64,000 nt of DNA, taken from Chiloscyllium plagiosum (Eukaryota). A program made the translations under genes and the position numbers. Positions 50,988-62,389 of this stretch are shown piece by piece. The stretch is from assembly GCF_004010195.1 (NCBI RefSeq), contig NC_057717.1, positions 98,292,733-98,356,732 on the forward strand, given 5' to 3'. The notes under the pieces are model-generated. The model saw only the letters and a program-made list of their open reading frames with translations. It did no database searches and was not told the DNA's origin. Positions within the stretch are counted from its first letter, which is position 1, and every line of letters starts with the position of its first letter.

Positions 50988-51275
50988 GGAGGCAATGGTA
51001 TTGTAGTAATGTCACTGGACTCGTAATCCAGAACTCCAGGCTAACGTTCTGAGAACACGGGTTTGAATCCTATTGTGGCACATTTTGAAAACTCAATGAG
51101 AATTTAGAATGGAAAGTTGACCATGATAACTGTCACTGATTTTAATTTAACAAAAATAGGCTTTTGATTCATGTCCTCAGGAAAGAGATCTGCTGTCCTT
51201 ACCTGGTCTGGCCTACATGTGACTCCAGACCCACAGCACTGTGATAGACTCTGAAATGACCTAGCAAGCCACTCA
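50988..51275 (+). mobile_element. Second tRNA-derived SINE family; relatives at about 39505-39685, 47225-47310 and 60600-60910(-)
   Basis: Split A/B-box head and shared core CCTTACCTGGTCTGGCCTACATGTGACTCCAGAC. Confidence 0.65.
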
Positions 51276-52549
51276 AAATTGTGGTCAAACTTGGACAGTG
51301 CTCTGGCCAGACTCTCAAGTAGAATGTGCTGTGCTGGTCAGTGAAAAACACAGCACAGTACATGCAGTGTGGAGAAAAGCTTTCATCCGAGCTTTGACTG
51401 AGTAATGAGGGAAGGCTGGAGAAACTTAAGGGTTTCAACCTGAAATGAAGTGGTCGTGTAGAGGCATATTTGTTAGAGATATGGAAAAAAAGCAAATCTG
51501 GAATATTGCTACAAACTGTAAAAGTACAACAAAGTAGATAAGTGCAAACTAGTAAAAGGCACATTTAATGCTTATGTCAGAATTTTTATTTTTGATTATT
51601 TTTCTAACAGTAAGAAGTGACACTACATCCAACTCCATTCAGTGCAATTCCTTACACCAGCTTTTCCTTTTTCATAACGATTTCTTGTTCCTTAACCTTT
51701 CTCCACGTAAAGCTATTTTTCCAATCCCCCTTTCTCCACTTCACCATTCAGCAGATTTCACTAAATTCCTCTTCTGAGTTGGGATAATAAACCTTAATCT
51801 ATATTCCACTATCATTTCCACAGTTCATTCTAGAGAAAATCTGGCACCTGCTGAAATAGTAGCGTTTGGTTTTTATTCATTCAGGGGATGAGAGGATCAC
51901 TGGATGGGTCAGCATTTATTGTCCATCCTCAGTTGCCCTTGAGAAGGTGATGGTGATCCACGTGGGGGCAAATAGGGATGGGGAGTCAGTGCTGGTCCAG
52001 CCACTAAAGCCCACTTCCCACAAATGAAGAAAAAAATTAATTAAAGGTGAGGATACCAAGCATTGGAGGCCATGACTATTTCTTTTGGCAGCTTATTGCA
52101 TTGTGAGATCGTCAGTGGGAGGAAACATTGTTGATGCCCTGTCTTGGAAATGAAAGTTCTTTTCACCTTAGATAGAATCATCACAGAATCCCCACAATGT
52201 GGAAGCAGGCCATTCGACCCATCGAGTCCACAGCAATCCTCCACCCTATCCCTATAAACCAGCATTTCTCATGGCTAATCCACCTAGCCTGCACATCACT
52301 ATGGGGCAATTCAGTACGGCCAATCCACCTAGCCTGCATATCTTTGGACTGCAGGAAAGAAGCAGGCTGTTTGGCACATCGAGTCTGCTCTCCCATTCAA
52401 TGTGATCATGGCTAATCCGATAATGCTCAACTCCACTTTCAATATCACCCTTGATTCCCTTGCAGGCTAAAAACCTGACTATCTCAGCCATGAAAGGTAC
52501 TTAATCACACATCATCTGCTGTAAAAATTCCACAGATTGGCTATCCTCG

Positions 52550-52834
52550 GCAGAAACTGGCATTCTGTCCTTTCTCTCCACAATCCTCAATCCCCTTTCC
52601 AATGAGTGCGGAAACTGGCGTTCTGTCCCTTCTCTCCATCATCCTCAACCCCTTTGCCAAAGGGTGTAGAAACTTGCATTCCGTCCCTTCTCTCCATTCT
52701 CCTCAATCCCTTTCACAATGAGTGCGGAAACTGGAGTCCTATTCCTTCACTCCATAATCCTCAACCCCTTTGCCAATGGGTGCAGAGAATAGTGTTGTGT
52801 CCCTTCTCTCCCTGATCCTCAATCCCTTTGTCAA
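52550..52834. repeat. 58-bp minisatellite, about 5 copies
   Basis: Units start at 52550, 52608, 52666, 52724 and 52782 (GCAGAAACTGGCATTCTGTCCCTTCTCTCC..). Confidence 0.92.
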
Positions 52835-53239
52835 ATCCCATTTTCCCCCATGACCAACACTCTCCAGGTCTGATACAATGCTAACTATTGTTCAGGAGTC
52901 ATGAATTGGAGAGTTACATTGTACTTTGCTCAAAAACTGCATGAATTTGTGTAAAACTCTTATCTCACTTTTTAGATTAGAATCAGTCTAAACATCATGG
53001 CATAGACAGAGAACACAGGGGGCTAACACCTTCAACATATTCTCTAGCTATCACCATTGTTAACAGCTAACCTGAGAATGCAACTGTAAAAAATGTTTTA
53101 TGATTTACACATGAAAGAAGTGAAACTATCATAGTATTCAAACATATGAAAGACTCAACAATCAATTTTTCAATGTATCATTTCAGTTACATCACACTGT
53201 AAATTTTTGCTATAAATTCTGTGTCTTAGGATTGAGTCC

Positions 53240-54175
53240 TCCATTGTTGTGGTTGTGTTCACCGAACTGGGAGTGTGTGTTGCAGACATTTTGTCCCCTG
53301 TCGAGATGACATCCTCAGTGTGCTTGGGAGCCTCCTGTGAAGCGCTTCTGTGATCTTTCCTCCGGCATTTGTAGTGGTTTGAATCTGCCGCTTCCGGCCA
53401 CCCTACCAACCTTCGCATAAACCAAATCAGCCGTCGACATTTCCGCCACCTCCAAAAAGACCCCACCCCTTTCCGCAAAGACCGTTCCCTCTGTGACTAC
53501 CTGGTCAGGTCCACGCCCCCCGACAACCCACCCTCCCATCCTGGCACCTTCCCCTGCCACTGCAGGAACTNNNNNNNNNNNNNNNNNNNNNNNNNNNNNN
53601 NNNNNNNNNNNNNNNNNNNNNNNNNNNNNNNNNNNNNNNNNNNNNNNNNNNNNNNNNNNNNNNNNNNNNNNNNNNNNNNNNNNNNNNNNNNNNNNNNNNN
53701 NNNNNNNNNNNNNNNNNNNNNNNNNNNNNNNNNNNNNNNNNNNNNNNNNNNNNNNNNNNNNNNNNNNNNNNNNNNNNNNNNNNNNNNNNNNNNNNNNNNN
53801 NNNNNNNNNNNNNNNNNNNNNNNNNNNNNNNNNNNNNNNNNNNNNNNNNNNNNNNNNNNNNNNNNNNNNNNNNNNNNACCTGCCTATCTCCTTTTCCACC
53901 TATCCACTCCACCCTCTCCTCCCTGACCTATCACCTTCATCCCCTCCCCCACTCACCTATTATACTGTATGCTACTTTCTCCCCACCCTCCTCTAGCTTA
54001 TCTCTCCACCCTTCAGGCTCACTGCCTTTATTCCTGATGAAGAGCTTTTGCCCGAAACGTCGATTTTGAAGCTCCTCGGATGCTGCCTCAACTGCTGTGC
54101 TCCTCCAGCACCCCTGATCCAGAATCTAATTAAACCTGTTGGACTATAACCTGGTGTTGTGTGATTTTTAACTGT
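53240..54175. mobile_element. Cluster of Penelope-like fragments spanning a gap
   Basis: pLTR pieces with a hammerhead motif at 54034-54061 and PLE ORF remnants. Confidence 0.65.
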
Positions 54176-54199
54176 GGCTGAGGTGGTGGAGGGAGGAGA

Positions 54200-54970
54200 G
54201 AACATGACTCCCAGAATGCACCGGGGGGAGGGGCGGGGCTACGGTACACATGCGCGGTGCGCGCCGGATGTTGGCCAATCAGGGGGCGGCGACGCACGTC
54301 ACGCAGGGCCCGGGTCAGGCGAAGGAGCCGGAGCGGCAGCCGGGGGTGGGGGGAGAAAAAACGGCCTGTTTCCGCTTCCCTTCACTGCTTTGGCTGGACA
54401 CCTTCGCACCCTCAACACCTGCCTCCGGCCTCTCCCTGGTTTTGTGCGGTGTTTTGTTTTTCTCCCGGCCCCCCAAACTCCTGTCCCATTAACCGGTGAG
54501 GTTCCGTCCGTATCCGGGGAGGGGAGCCCGCCCGCATCGACGCCGGCCTCTCGAACGACGGTTGGTCCGCGTACGCGTTGACAGCTTCGCTGATTGGACG
54601 GAGCCCGACGTCAACCTGTTCGCCGATTGGTTGCTGCCTCCCGCGGCGTTTGGCCATTGGACGGTATTCGGGGGTCGCTGGTTGGGTGGAGCCTTTCGTG
54701 AGCGCGCTCACCGATTGGTGGAATCGAAGCCTTGGGGCGATTGGTTGTCGTATAGTAAACGGAGCCTTCGTTTGCTGATTGGTCGACGTTGAACGTCTTC
54801 GTGGGTTGGTTGTCGTCGCAGAGGCTCGTTCGTTGATTGGGGGACGCTGACCCCATCGCTGATTGGATGGCGATGGCGCCGCTTGGAGTCTTGGCGCTCG
54901 TGCTGTATCTGAACTGCGCAGGCGCCTTGGAGGTGAAGCGGCCCCAGGGGGTCTCCCTGTCCAGTGAGTA
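54200..54970 (+). promoter_or_regulatory. PRKCSH CpG-island promoter with probable non-coding first exon
   Basis: CpG-dense; ZNF143/SBS-like TCCCAGAATGCA 54209-54220, GC box about 54231, CCAAT 54275, CACGTCA 54295-54301; candidate donor CG|GTGAGG after 54495 and acceptor gtcgcAG ending 54821. Confidence 0.75.
54867..54963 (+). CDS. PRKCSH: Glucosidase II beta subunit, first coding exon (signal peptide)
   Basis: MAMAPLGVLALVLYLNCAGALEVKRPQGVSLS (human ..WAVEVKRPRGVSLT); donor A|GTGAGT; start could be the second ATG at 54873. Confidence 0.9.
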
Positions 54971-55261
54971 ATCCCTCCCCCCTCCGCCCCCAATCTGCTT
55001 CCACAACACCAACTCATGCAATGCAAACAATGCAATAATACCAAGGGTCTGCATTAGTGAGAAACCAACATAGCACCTTTGTCTAATGTGAAATGGTGTC
55101 TATCAGAGATAGGAGCAGATGGCCATTCAGCCCATTGAGTCTGCTCTACCGATCAATGACGTCTGATAAGTTTCTCAACCCTATTCTTCCACTTCTTCCC
55201 CGTAACCCTTGATCCCCTTGACCATCAAGAACGTATCTCAGTCTTGGATATACTCAATGAC

Positions 55262-55450
55262 CTGAAAAATGTGTTGCTGGAAAGGCGCAGCAGGTCAGGC
55301 AGCATCCAAGGAACAGGAGAATCGACGTTTCGGGCATAAGCCCTTCTTCAGGAAAGATTCCTGAAGAAGGGCTTATGCCCAAAACATTGATTCTCCTGCT
55401 CCTTGGATGCTGCCTGACCTGCTGCGTTTTTCCAGCAACACATTTTTCAG
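55262..55450. repeat. 189-bp palindrome of two back-to-back Penelope pLTR ends
   Basis: 93-bp arms around a 3-nt spacer (55355-55357), few mismatches. Confidence 0.9.
55320..55354 (-). ncRNA. Minimal type-I hammerhead ribozyme motif (Penelope-associated)
   Basis: - strand reads ttcCTGAAGAaGGGCttatGCCCGAAACGTCgatt: intact core, stem II and GUC site. Confidence 0.6.
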
Positions 55451-57603
55451 CTCTGATCTCCAGCATCTGCAGACCTCACTTTCTACATACTCAATGTCCG
55501 GGCCTTGTTTAGAGACAAAAATACAGCAGGTACTGGCATCCAAGGTAGACCAGGAAGCTGGGAAAAAAACAGCAAGCCAGGCAGCATCAGAAGTGGCAAA
55601 GTCAATGTTTTTGGTCATGATTTGGAGATGCCGGTGTTGGACTGAGGTGTACAAAGTTAAAAATCACACAACACCAGGTTATAGTCCAACAGGTTTAATT
55701 GGAATCATTAGCTTTTGGAGCGCCGCTCCTTCATCAGGTCAACCACCTGCTTCCAATTAAACCTGTTGGACTATAACCTGATGTTGTATGATTTTTTTAA
55801 AAAATGATGTTTTGGGTGTAACTCTGCTCCTGAAGAACGGTTACACTGGAAATGTTGATTTCTCCACCTCTGCTGCCTGGCTTTCTGTGGCAATGAATTC
55901 CATAGGTTCACCATCCTCTGGCTGATGAAGTTTCTCCTTATCTCCGTTCTAAAAGGTTTTCCCTTTACTCTAAGACTAAGCCCTCTGGTCCTAGTCTCTC
56001 CTACTAATGGAAACATCTTTCTAACATCTACTCTGTCCAGGCCATTCAGTATTGAGTATGTTTCAATTAGATCTCCCCATATCCTTCTAAACTACTATCG
56101 AGTATAAACTCAGAGTCCTCAAGTATTCAAACATTCCTAATATGTTAGTGTCCTGATAGTCTTAGCCAGAGCAACTTGTCTGCAATACCTATAAAAATAT
56201 TGGAATGCAGACATGTAGTTGTTTAGCAGACCTGTGCATTACTCCTAAATTTGGCAGCATAAGCGATCTAGCCCAACAATACAGTACATAATATTAGAAT
56301 TTTACAATTCCATACTTCCTGTTTGTGTAGCATTTGAGATCCTTGTCATCTTTCCTCCACTATGTCACTTCCTTGTTTAGCTAGCATCACTTGAAATATT
56401 TATACTGGTTTGTTTAGCCATGTCTTTTTCAGGAGGAGATTTCCAAAGACTCAAGCCTGCGGAGTGAGAACGTCTCATCTCTTTTGTATGGGTGACCCTT
56501 ACTTTTAAGCAGTGACCCCCCCCAGTTGTAAGACTCTATCATGAGAGGAAACATCCTCTTCATATGCACTCTATCATCATCCCGAAGGAGTCTGTGTGTT
56601 TTGATAGTTACCTCTTGACTGTTTTAATGTTCAGTGACTTTTAATATTTCTCATCTCTACTCAAACCATTTCTACACCCTGATATCATGAAGTTAGATCA
56701 TTCCGATCTCTTGTGCTACCGGCATAATTATTTACCTTTACCTTGTTTCCTATCCATCTTAAATGTCCTGTATCCTTCAGTATTCTGATAGGGCAAAACG
56801 GTGGCTCAGTGGTTAGCAATGCTACCTCACAGCATTAGGGACCCAGGTTCGATTCCACATTCTCCCCATGTCTACATGGATTTCCTCCGGGTGCTCTGGT
56901 TTCCTCCCACAGTCCAAAGATGTGCAGGTTAGGATGGATTGGCCGTGCTAAATTGTCCATAGTGCTCAGGGATGTGTGGTTAGGTGCATTAATCAGGGAT
57001 TAATACAGGATAATCGGGTAGGACAATGGGTCTGGGTGGGTTATTCTGCGGAGGGTTGGTGCGGACTTGGGTCGAATGGTCTGTTTCCACACGGTAGGGA
57101 TTCTATGATACCCATCCATGTTGGCCTGCACCCATAATTCTGTAATTATTGTACTTATTTTGATTTGTGCTCAGTCATTCATTTTATATTCTTTTGCAAC
57201 CCTTAGCCTTATCTGTTGATTTACTGTTGGATTTCTGCTTTCTAACCTTGCCGTTACTGCCTTGTTAACATTTCCCTTATTAACACCTCTTTTTTTACTT
57301 GTGTCTACTCTTCCATTTACCACAAATCCTGTCTGTTTATTTATTTATGTCTTTCACATGACAGCAGAGCAAGCGGGGGTTCATCCTATTGTTTACACAT
57401 CCCACATTTTCAAGTATTTCTGTTAATGTCCCATGATTCAAAAAGCAATTCTCAACTTTGAGCCATACGTTCATCTAACTCGAAACAAAATTAGATTTTC
57501 AGACTAGTTACTTCTTACTAGTTGCCAGCATTCAGACAAGTTGAATTCAATGTAAGAATCTATGTACTAATTTTTAATCAGTAATTTGTCCTTCTTATTA
57601 TAG

Positions 57604-57720
57604 ATCGGCACTTCTATGATGAAACCAAGCCGTTTACATGTCTGGATGGCTCCAAGACCATTCCGTTTGATGAAGTGAATGATGACTACTGTGATTGCAA
57701 GGATGGCTCGGATGAACCAG
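57604..57720 (+). CDS. PRKCSH: PRKCSH second coding exon (LDLa-like repeat); gene continues beyond the window
   Basis: NRHFYDETKPFTCLDGSKTIPFDEVNDDYCDCKDGSDEP(G), near-identical to vertebrate PRKCSH; AG and GT boundaries, phase 1 to 1. Confidence 0.95.
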
Positions 57721-57904
57721 GTCAGCAGCGTAGACAATTCTGAAGCTGTTAAGGCAGTTCCTCATTAACAGAGGCCATCTCTCTACAAACAGCCACCTTT
57801 GAGGGGGGAGAAAGAACTCGACCAGGGTCTTTTCCCTGGGTGGGGGAGTTCAAAACCAGGGGCCATATTTTTAAGGTGAGAGGTGAAAGATGTAAAAAGG
57901 ACAA

Positions 57905-58480
57905 AGTGAACGGTCACTTTGAGTGCGAGCAGCAGCTAAGGTAAGACCGTTTGTTTTAAAATTACTTACCGGTATCGGGCAGCAGTGTCTTTTTCTCTCT
58001 TTACAGAAAGAGCGGGAGCAGCAGGGGGAAGTGACGAAGACCAGAGGGGCAGCCGGCTAGGTTTTTTTTCCCTTTAAAAGCGCGCAGGAGAAGAACCCGA
58101 GGCACTACAGAGGTAGTGTCTCCCACCCGCCCTCCTCCTCTAACCTAAATAATAAGACCCGTTGTGGTAAGTAGGTAAGTGCTGCATTTTGCTTGTTGTA
58201 TTCTTTAGACCCAGTTTTTTTTTTTTTAGAAAAGGTTACTTTCAGAGGGATGGCAGTGAAGGCAGTGCAAGGTTCCTCTTGCAACATGTTTGAGGTGAGG
58301 GATGCCATGGACGTCCCTGCTGATTACACTTGCAGGAAGTGCACCCATCTCCAGCCCCTCCAAGACCGTGTTAGGGAACTGGAGCTGAATTTGGATGAAC
58401 TTAGGATCATTCGGGAGGCAGAGGGGGCCATAGATCAGAGCTTTAGGGAAGTAGTAACTCCAAAGATGGCAGATAAATGG
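57905..58480 (+). mobile_element. CR1 5'UTR and ORF1 N-terminus (zinc finger/leucine zipper)
   Basis: MAVKAVQGSSCNMFEV..YTCRKCTHLQPLQDRVRELELNLDELRIIREAEGAID.SFREVVTP. Confidence 0.82.
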
Positions 58481-59011
58481 GTATATCATGTGAATGTTAC
58501 TTGCCTCTTGTCAGCCCAAGCCTGGACATTGTCCACATTTTGGGCATGGGCTACATCAGTGTCTGAGGAGTCATGAATGACGTTGAAGATTGTGCAGTCA
58601 TCAGCAAACAGGACTGCAGAACATGGATCAGATCTGTTTGTTGTGGAATCGCTTATCTCTGCATATCAATTGTTGCTTATTCTATTTGGCATGCAAGTAG
58701 CCCTGTTTTGTAACTTTGCCAGGCTTTACTAGCTTCGCTTATATTCCGAGTGAAGAAAAAGCAGTGGATGATATACGCTTAAGTGTTGTTGTGCTAGTCA
58801 GCTACCTTAACGCTATATATAATTCAGTCAAATCCATCAAATTCAGCACCGCCTTCCTAACCTGAGATCTTCTTCCCGACCTCTCCGCCCCCACCCCAGT
58901 CTGACCTATCACCCTCACCTTGACCTCTTTCCACCTATCACATTTCCGACGCCCCTCTCCGAAGTCCCTCCTCCCTACCTTTTATCTTAGCCTGCTGGAC
59001 AAACTTTCCCC

Positions 59012-59047
59012 ATTCCTGAAGAAGGGCTTATGCCCGAAACGTCGATT
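59012..59047 (+). ncRNA. Minimal type-I hammerhead ribozyme motif in a Penelope pLTR (about 58845-59092)
   Basis: attcCTGAAGAaGGGCttatGCCCGAAACGTCgatt; predicted cut after C59043. Confidence 0.6.
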
Positions 59048-61489
59048 CTCCTGTTCCCTGGATGCTGCCTGACCTGCTGCGCTTTTCCAGCACGTTCAAA
59101 CAATTACCAATCAATACACAATACTACTTTATTTGACAGTTACTCAGTCCAATGATCTTTCTGGGAATTAACTTTATTTTTCCAACACTCTGGCCACCCT
59201 TCTCTCACTAACCAAGCCATTGCACCTCCATCGGAAGATCAGTTAGGATGGCCAGTAATGTGTTCGCCAGTTGAGTTATTTCTATGCTTTAAAGGGTACA
59301 TCGTCCGCTTAATCTCTATTGAAGCAGACCGTGGTTAGTCACTTATGCAACTATACCAGAATTAGCAGTTAGTAACTTAAAAACCATTTTATGCAGCTTT
59401 AGCAGAATTATCAATTTGCAGCCTAGAAGCCATTTTTTCATGTTATTTGCATTGAGAAGCCATTTTATTATCGCTTAAGTTATTAAGAGCATCTGTTAAG
59501 TGGTTGTTCCTGACAACTAGTTACCTCAGCCTGTATTCACGTTTTAGACCCTCAATAACATCTAGCAATAATACTGAAAACTTGCTCCAAAACCTGCCAT
59601 GCTTCTATCCAAGTTCTTCCAGTATAGCTACAACATTGGCATCTACTCAACAACAATGGAACATTAGAGGTATGTTCTGTACCCAAGAAGTGGGGCAGAG
59701 GTATGATCGGAAGGTTTGCAGATCTCACAAAACTATCTGATACATAGCCAAAAGGTAAGCCTTATCTGTGATATAAAAGAGCTGGTCAGATGGGCTGAAC
59801 CGTGGCACATGGAACTTCAGCCTGAAAAGTGAGGTGATATTTTGCAAGGATCAACAAGGCAAGGGAGTACACATTAAATGTAGAACTCTCGGAATTACAG
59901 TGGATCGGCGGGACCTTGGTGGTCCAGTTCATAGGCAGCGGGAGAGATGGAGAAGGTGATAAGAATGTATTTGTGATACTTGCCTTTGTTAATCAAAGCA
60001 TTGAATACAACAGCAAGCAGGTCACAATGGAATTGTACAACATTGGTTAGGCCACAATTGAAGTACTATGTGCAGTTCTGGTTGCTATGTCATAGGATGT
60101 ATTTTGAGGATGTTACCAGTTCGGCCAATAAAGTGAGAAGGAAGCAAAGCTGGTGAGGCCGGAGCAGGTTTGGGGGCAAGGAAGTTGAGGCTGGATAGAG
60201 CCAGCTAATTGGAGGGAACAGGGTGTCAAGCGATGCTGGCAGTCCTGGGCTGGGATAAGGAAGAAATGAAGCTAGCAGGAGAGGAAGATGATTAGATTGT
60301 TGTTTGAGACGACTGTTACCTGGTGCTTGTGGAGTTGGCACGTTGCTATCTATCATGGCAAGTATTGTATCTGATGCATATTTTGATACAATTTGTTTTA
60401 GATTTTGAATTTGAACTAGTGGTAAGTGGATTTGATGTGTGTATCTAAAGTGTTTTGCTGATTTATCTGTAAGGATTTCTGAAGCTATGGTGATTTCTTT
60501 TAAAACACAATTGGAGAAAGACTCTAGAATAATGAGGTTATGTTTATGTAAGGAAAATTTACAAGTGGGAAAGGTAATCTGTAGTTTTTTGTTCATTCAC
60601 GAGATTTGGGTATTGCTGACTAGGCCAGCATATAATGCCTATATGGCAGTTAAGAGTCGATTACATTGCTCTGAGTCTGGAGTCACATATAGGCCAGACA
60701 GGTGGCAATTTTCTTCTCAAATGAACATTGGTGGACAGACAGATTTATTTGACAAACAACAGTAATTTCATGATCATCATTATGCTATTGATTCAAGATT
60801 TTTGAATTCAGATTCCACCATCTGCTCAGGCAGGATTCAAATGTGGCTCCCCAGAGCAATACATGGGTCTCTGGATCAATAGTCTAGTAATAATACCATT
60901 GGGGCATCCCTTCTGCATAATGCTTTAGGCTTTCAGATAGAAGCTTCTAAAATTTCTTGTGGGAGCGTGGAGTAACACCCATAACTTGGGAAAGGTTTGT
61001 ATGAAGCTGAAAGCTCAGTTATATGACAAATGAAGATGAGGCTATCAAAGTCTTAAAACTGGAAATTGAAGCCGCAGCTAAGTCAAAACCGATGTGGAAT
61101 AGAGAAGGGAATTCTTTTTGGTTTTGGAATATTGCACTTAGAACTAAAGTAGCCATTACATTATTTTTAAATTGTGTACCCCAGTTCTAGACTTCCCAAT
61201 CAGGAGCCTGTATCTGTGATATTTACCCCTTGAAATATTTTGTAAGTTTCTGAGATCATATTTCATTCTTTGAAACAATAGAGAATACGGTCCAGTTTGC
61301 CCAATCTCACTTCATAGAACAGTCTTGCCATCTAAAGAATTAAAGTCAAAAAACTGCTGATGCTGGAATCCAAGGTAGACAAGCAGGAGGCTGCAAGACC
61401 ACAGCATGTCAGGCAGCATCAGGAGATGGAGAAGTCAACTTTTTGGGTATAATGTTCAGGACTGAGGTGGGTGTGAGGGAAGCTTCAGA

Positions 61490-61787
61490 TGATCTTTTTC
61501 CACGTATGGAGTCAGCTATTATGAGGGGGCATAGCTTTAAATTAAGGGGGAGTTGGTATAGGACAGATGTTAGGGGTAGGTTCTTTACTCAGCGTGTCGT
61601 GAGTTCATGGAATGCCCTGCCAGTAGCAGTGGTGGACTCTCCCTCATTATGGGCATTTAAGCGGGCATTGGATAGGCATATGGAGGATAGTGGGCTAGTG
61701 TAGGTTAGGTGGGCTTGGATCGGCGCAACATCGAGGGCCGAAGGGCCTGTACTGCGCTGTATTCTTCTATGTTCTGTGTTCTATGTT
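61490..61787 (+). mobile_element. CR1 LINE 3' fragment, second subfamily
   Basis: RGHSFKLRG..FFTQRVVSSWNALP..FKRALDRHM plus (TTCTATG)n tail. Confidence 0.88.
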
Positions 61788-62389
61788 GAGAGGCAATGTT
61801 TTTACGCAGACTGCTTGGATCGAAGCATCTGTTTCATGCTGTATGACATTCTGCCTCTATAAGTGTTAGCAGTAAGTAGTGCCTGTGGAGGAACAACCCT
61901 GGAATTACTGATGCAAGTTGTTAACCTGAAACGTTAACCCTAAATTTTACTAATCTAAGCTACAGCCTGAACTGACCCGTTTCCAGAAGCATAGCCTCCG
62001 CTTCTGTTGCATTTTCAGCACCTGCAATGTTGTGCTTTCTGATGGGTATTTGTTTCTTTCTTGAGTGAGACAAAGTTGAAAATTCTGTACGTTTTTCTAC
62101 TGAATGAAAGCAGAGGACTATGGATGCTGGCAATTTGATGTACAAAGTATTGGAGTTTGGGTCTGGCAGCAATTGTGGAGAGAAAAACAAGAGTTCATGC
62201 TTTGTACGACAAGGAACCATATTTTGAAGCATTAACTCCATTTCTTTTTCCACAGGTGCTGCCATTTAACACCTGCTCAGTTTGTCCAGCACTTTGTTTC
62301 ATTTTTAATTTTTCTACTTTGCCGGTTGAGAGGTTAAATTTTTTTTTTGTCTTAGCATCTAGGTTAATGAAGTGGTGTTACTCATGATA

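Noticed and set aside
54275-54866. ERSE elements (CCAAT-N9-CCACG)
   Set aside because: None of the boxes I checked has CCACG at the required spacing
54174-55054. Multiple overlapping ORFs, including 210 aa on the - strand, considered as ODAD3/CCDC151 exon 1
   Set aside because: No recognisable homology; expected by chance in a CpG island
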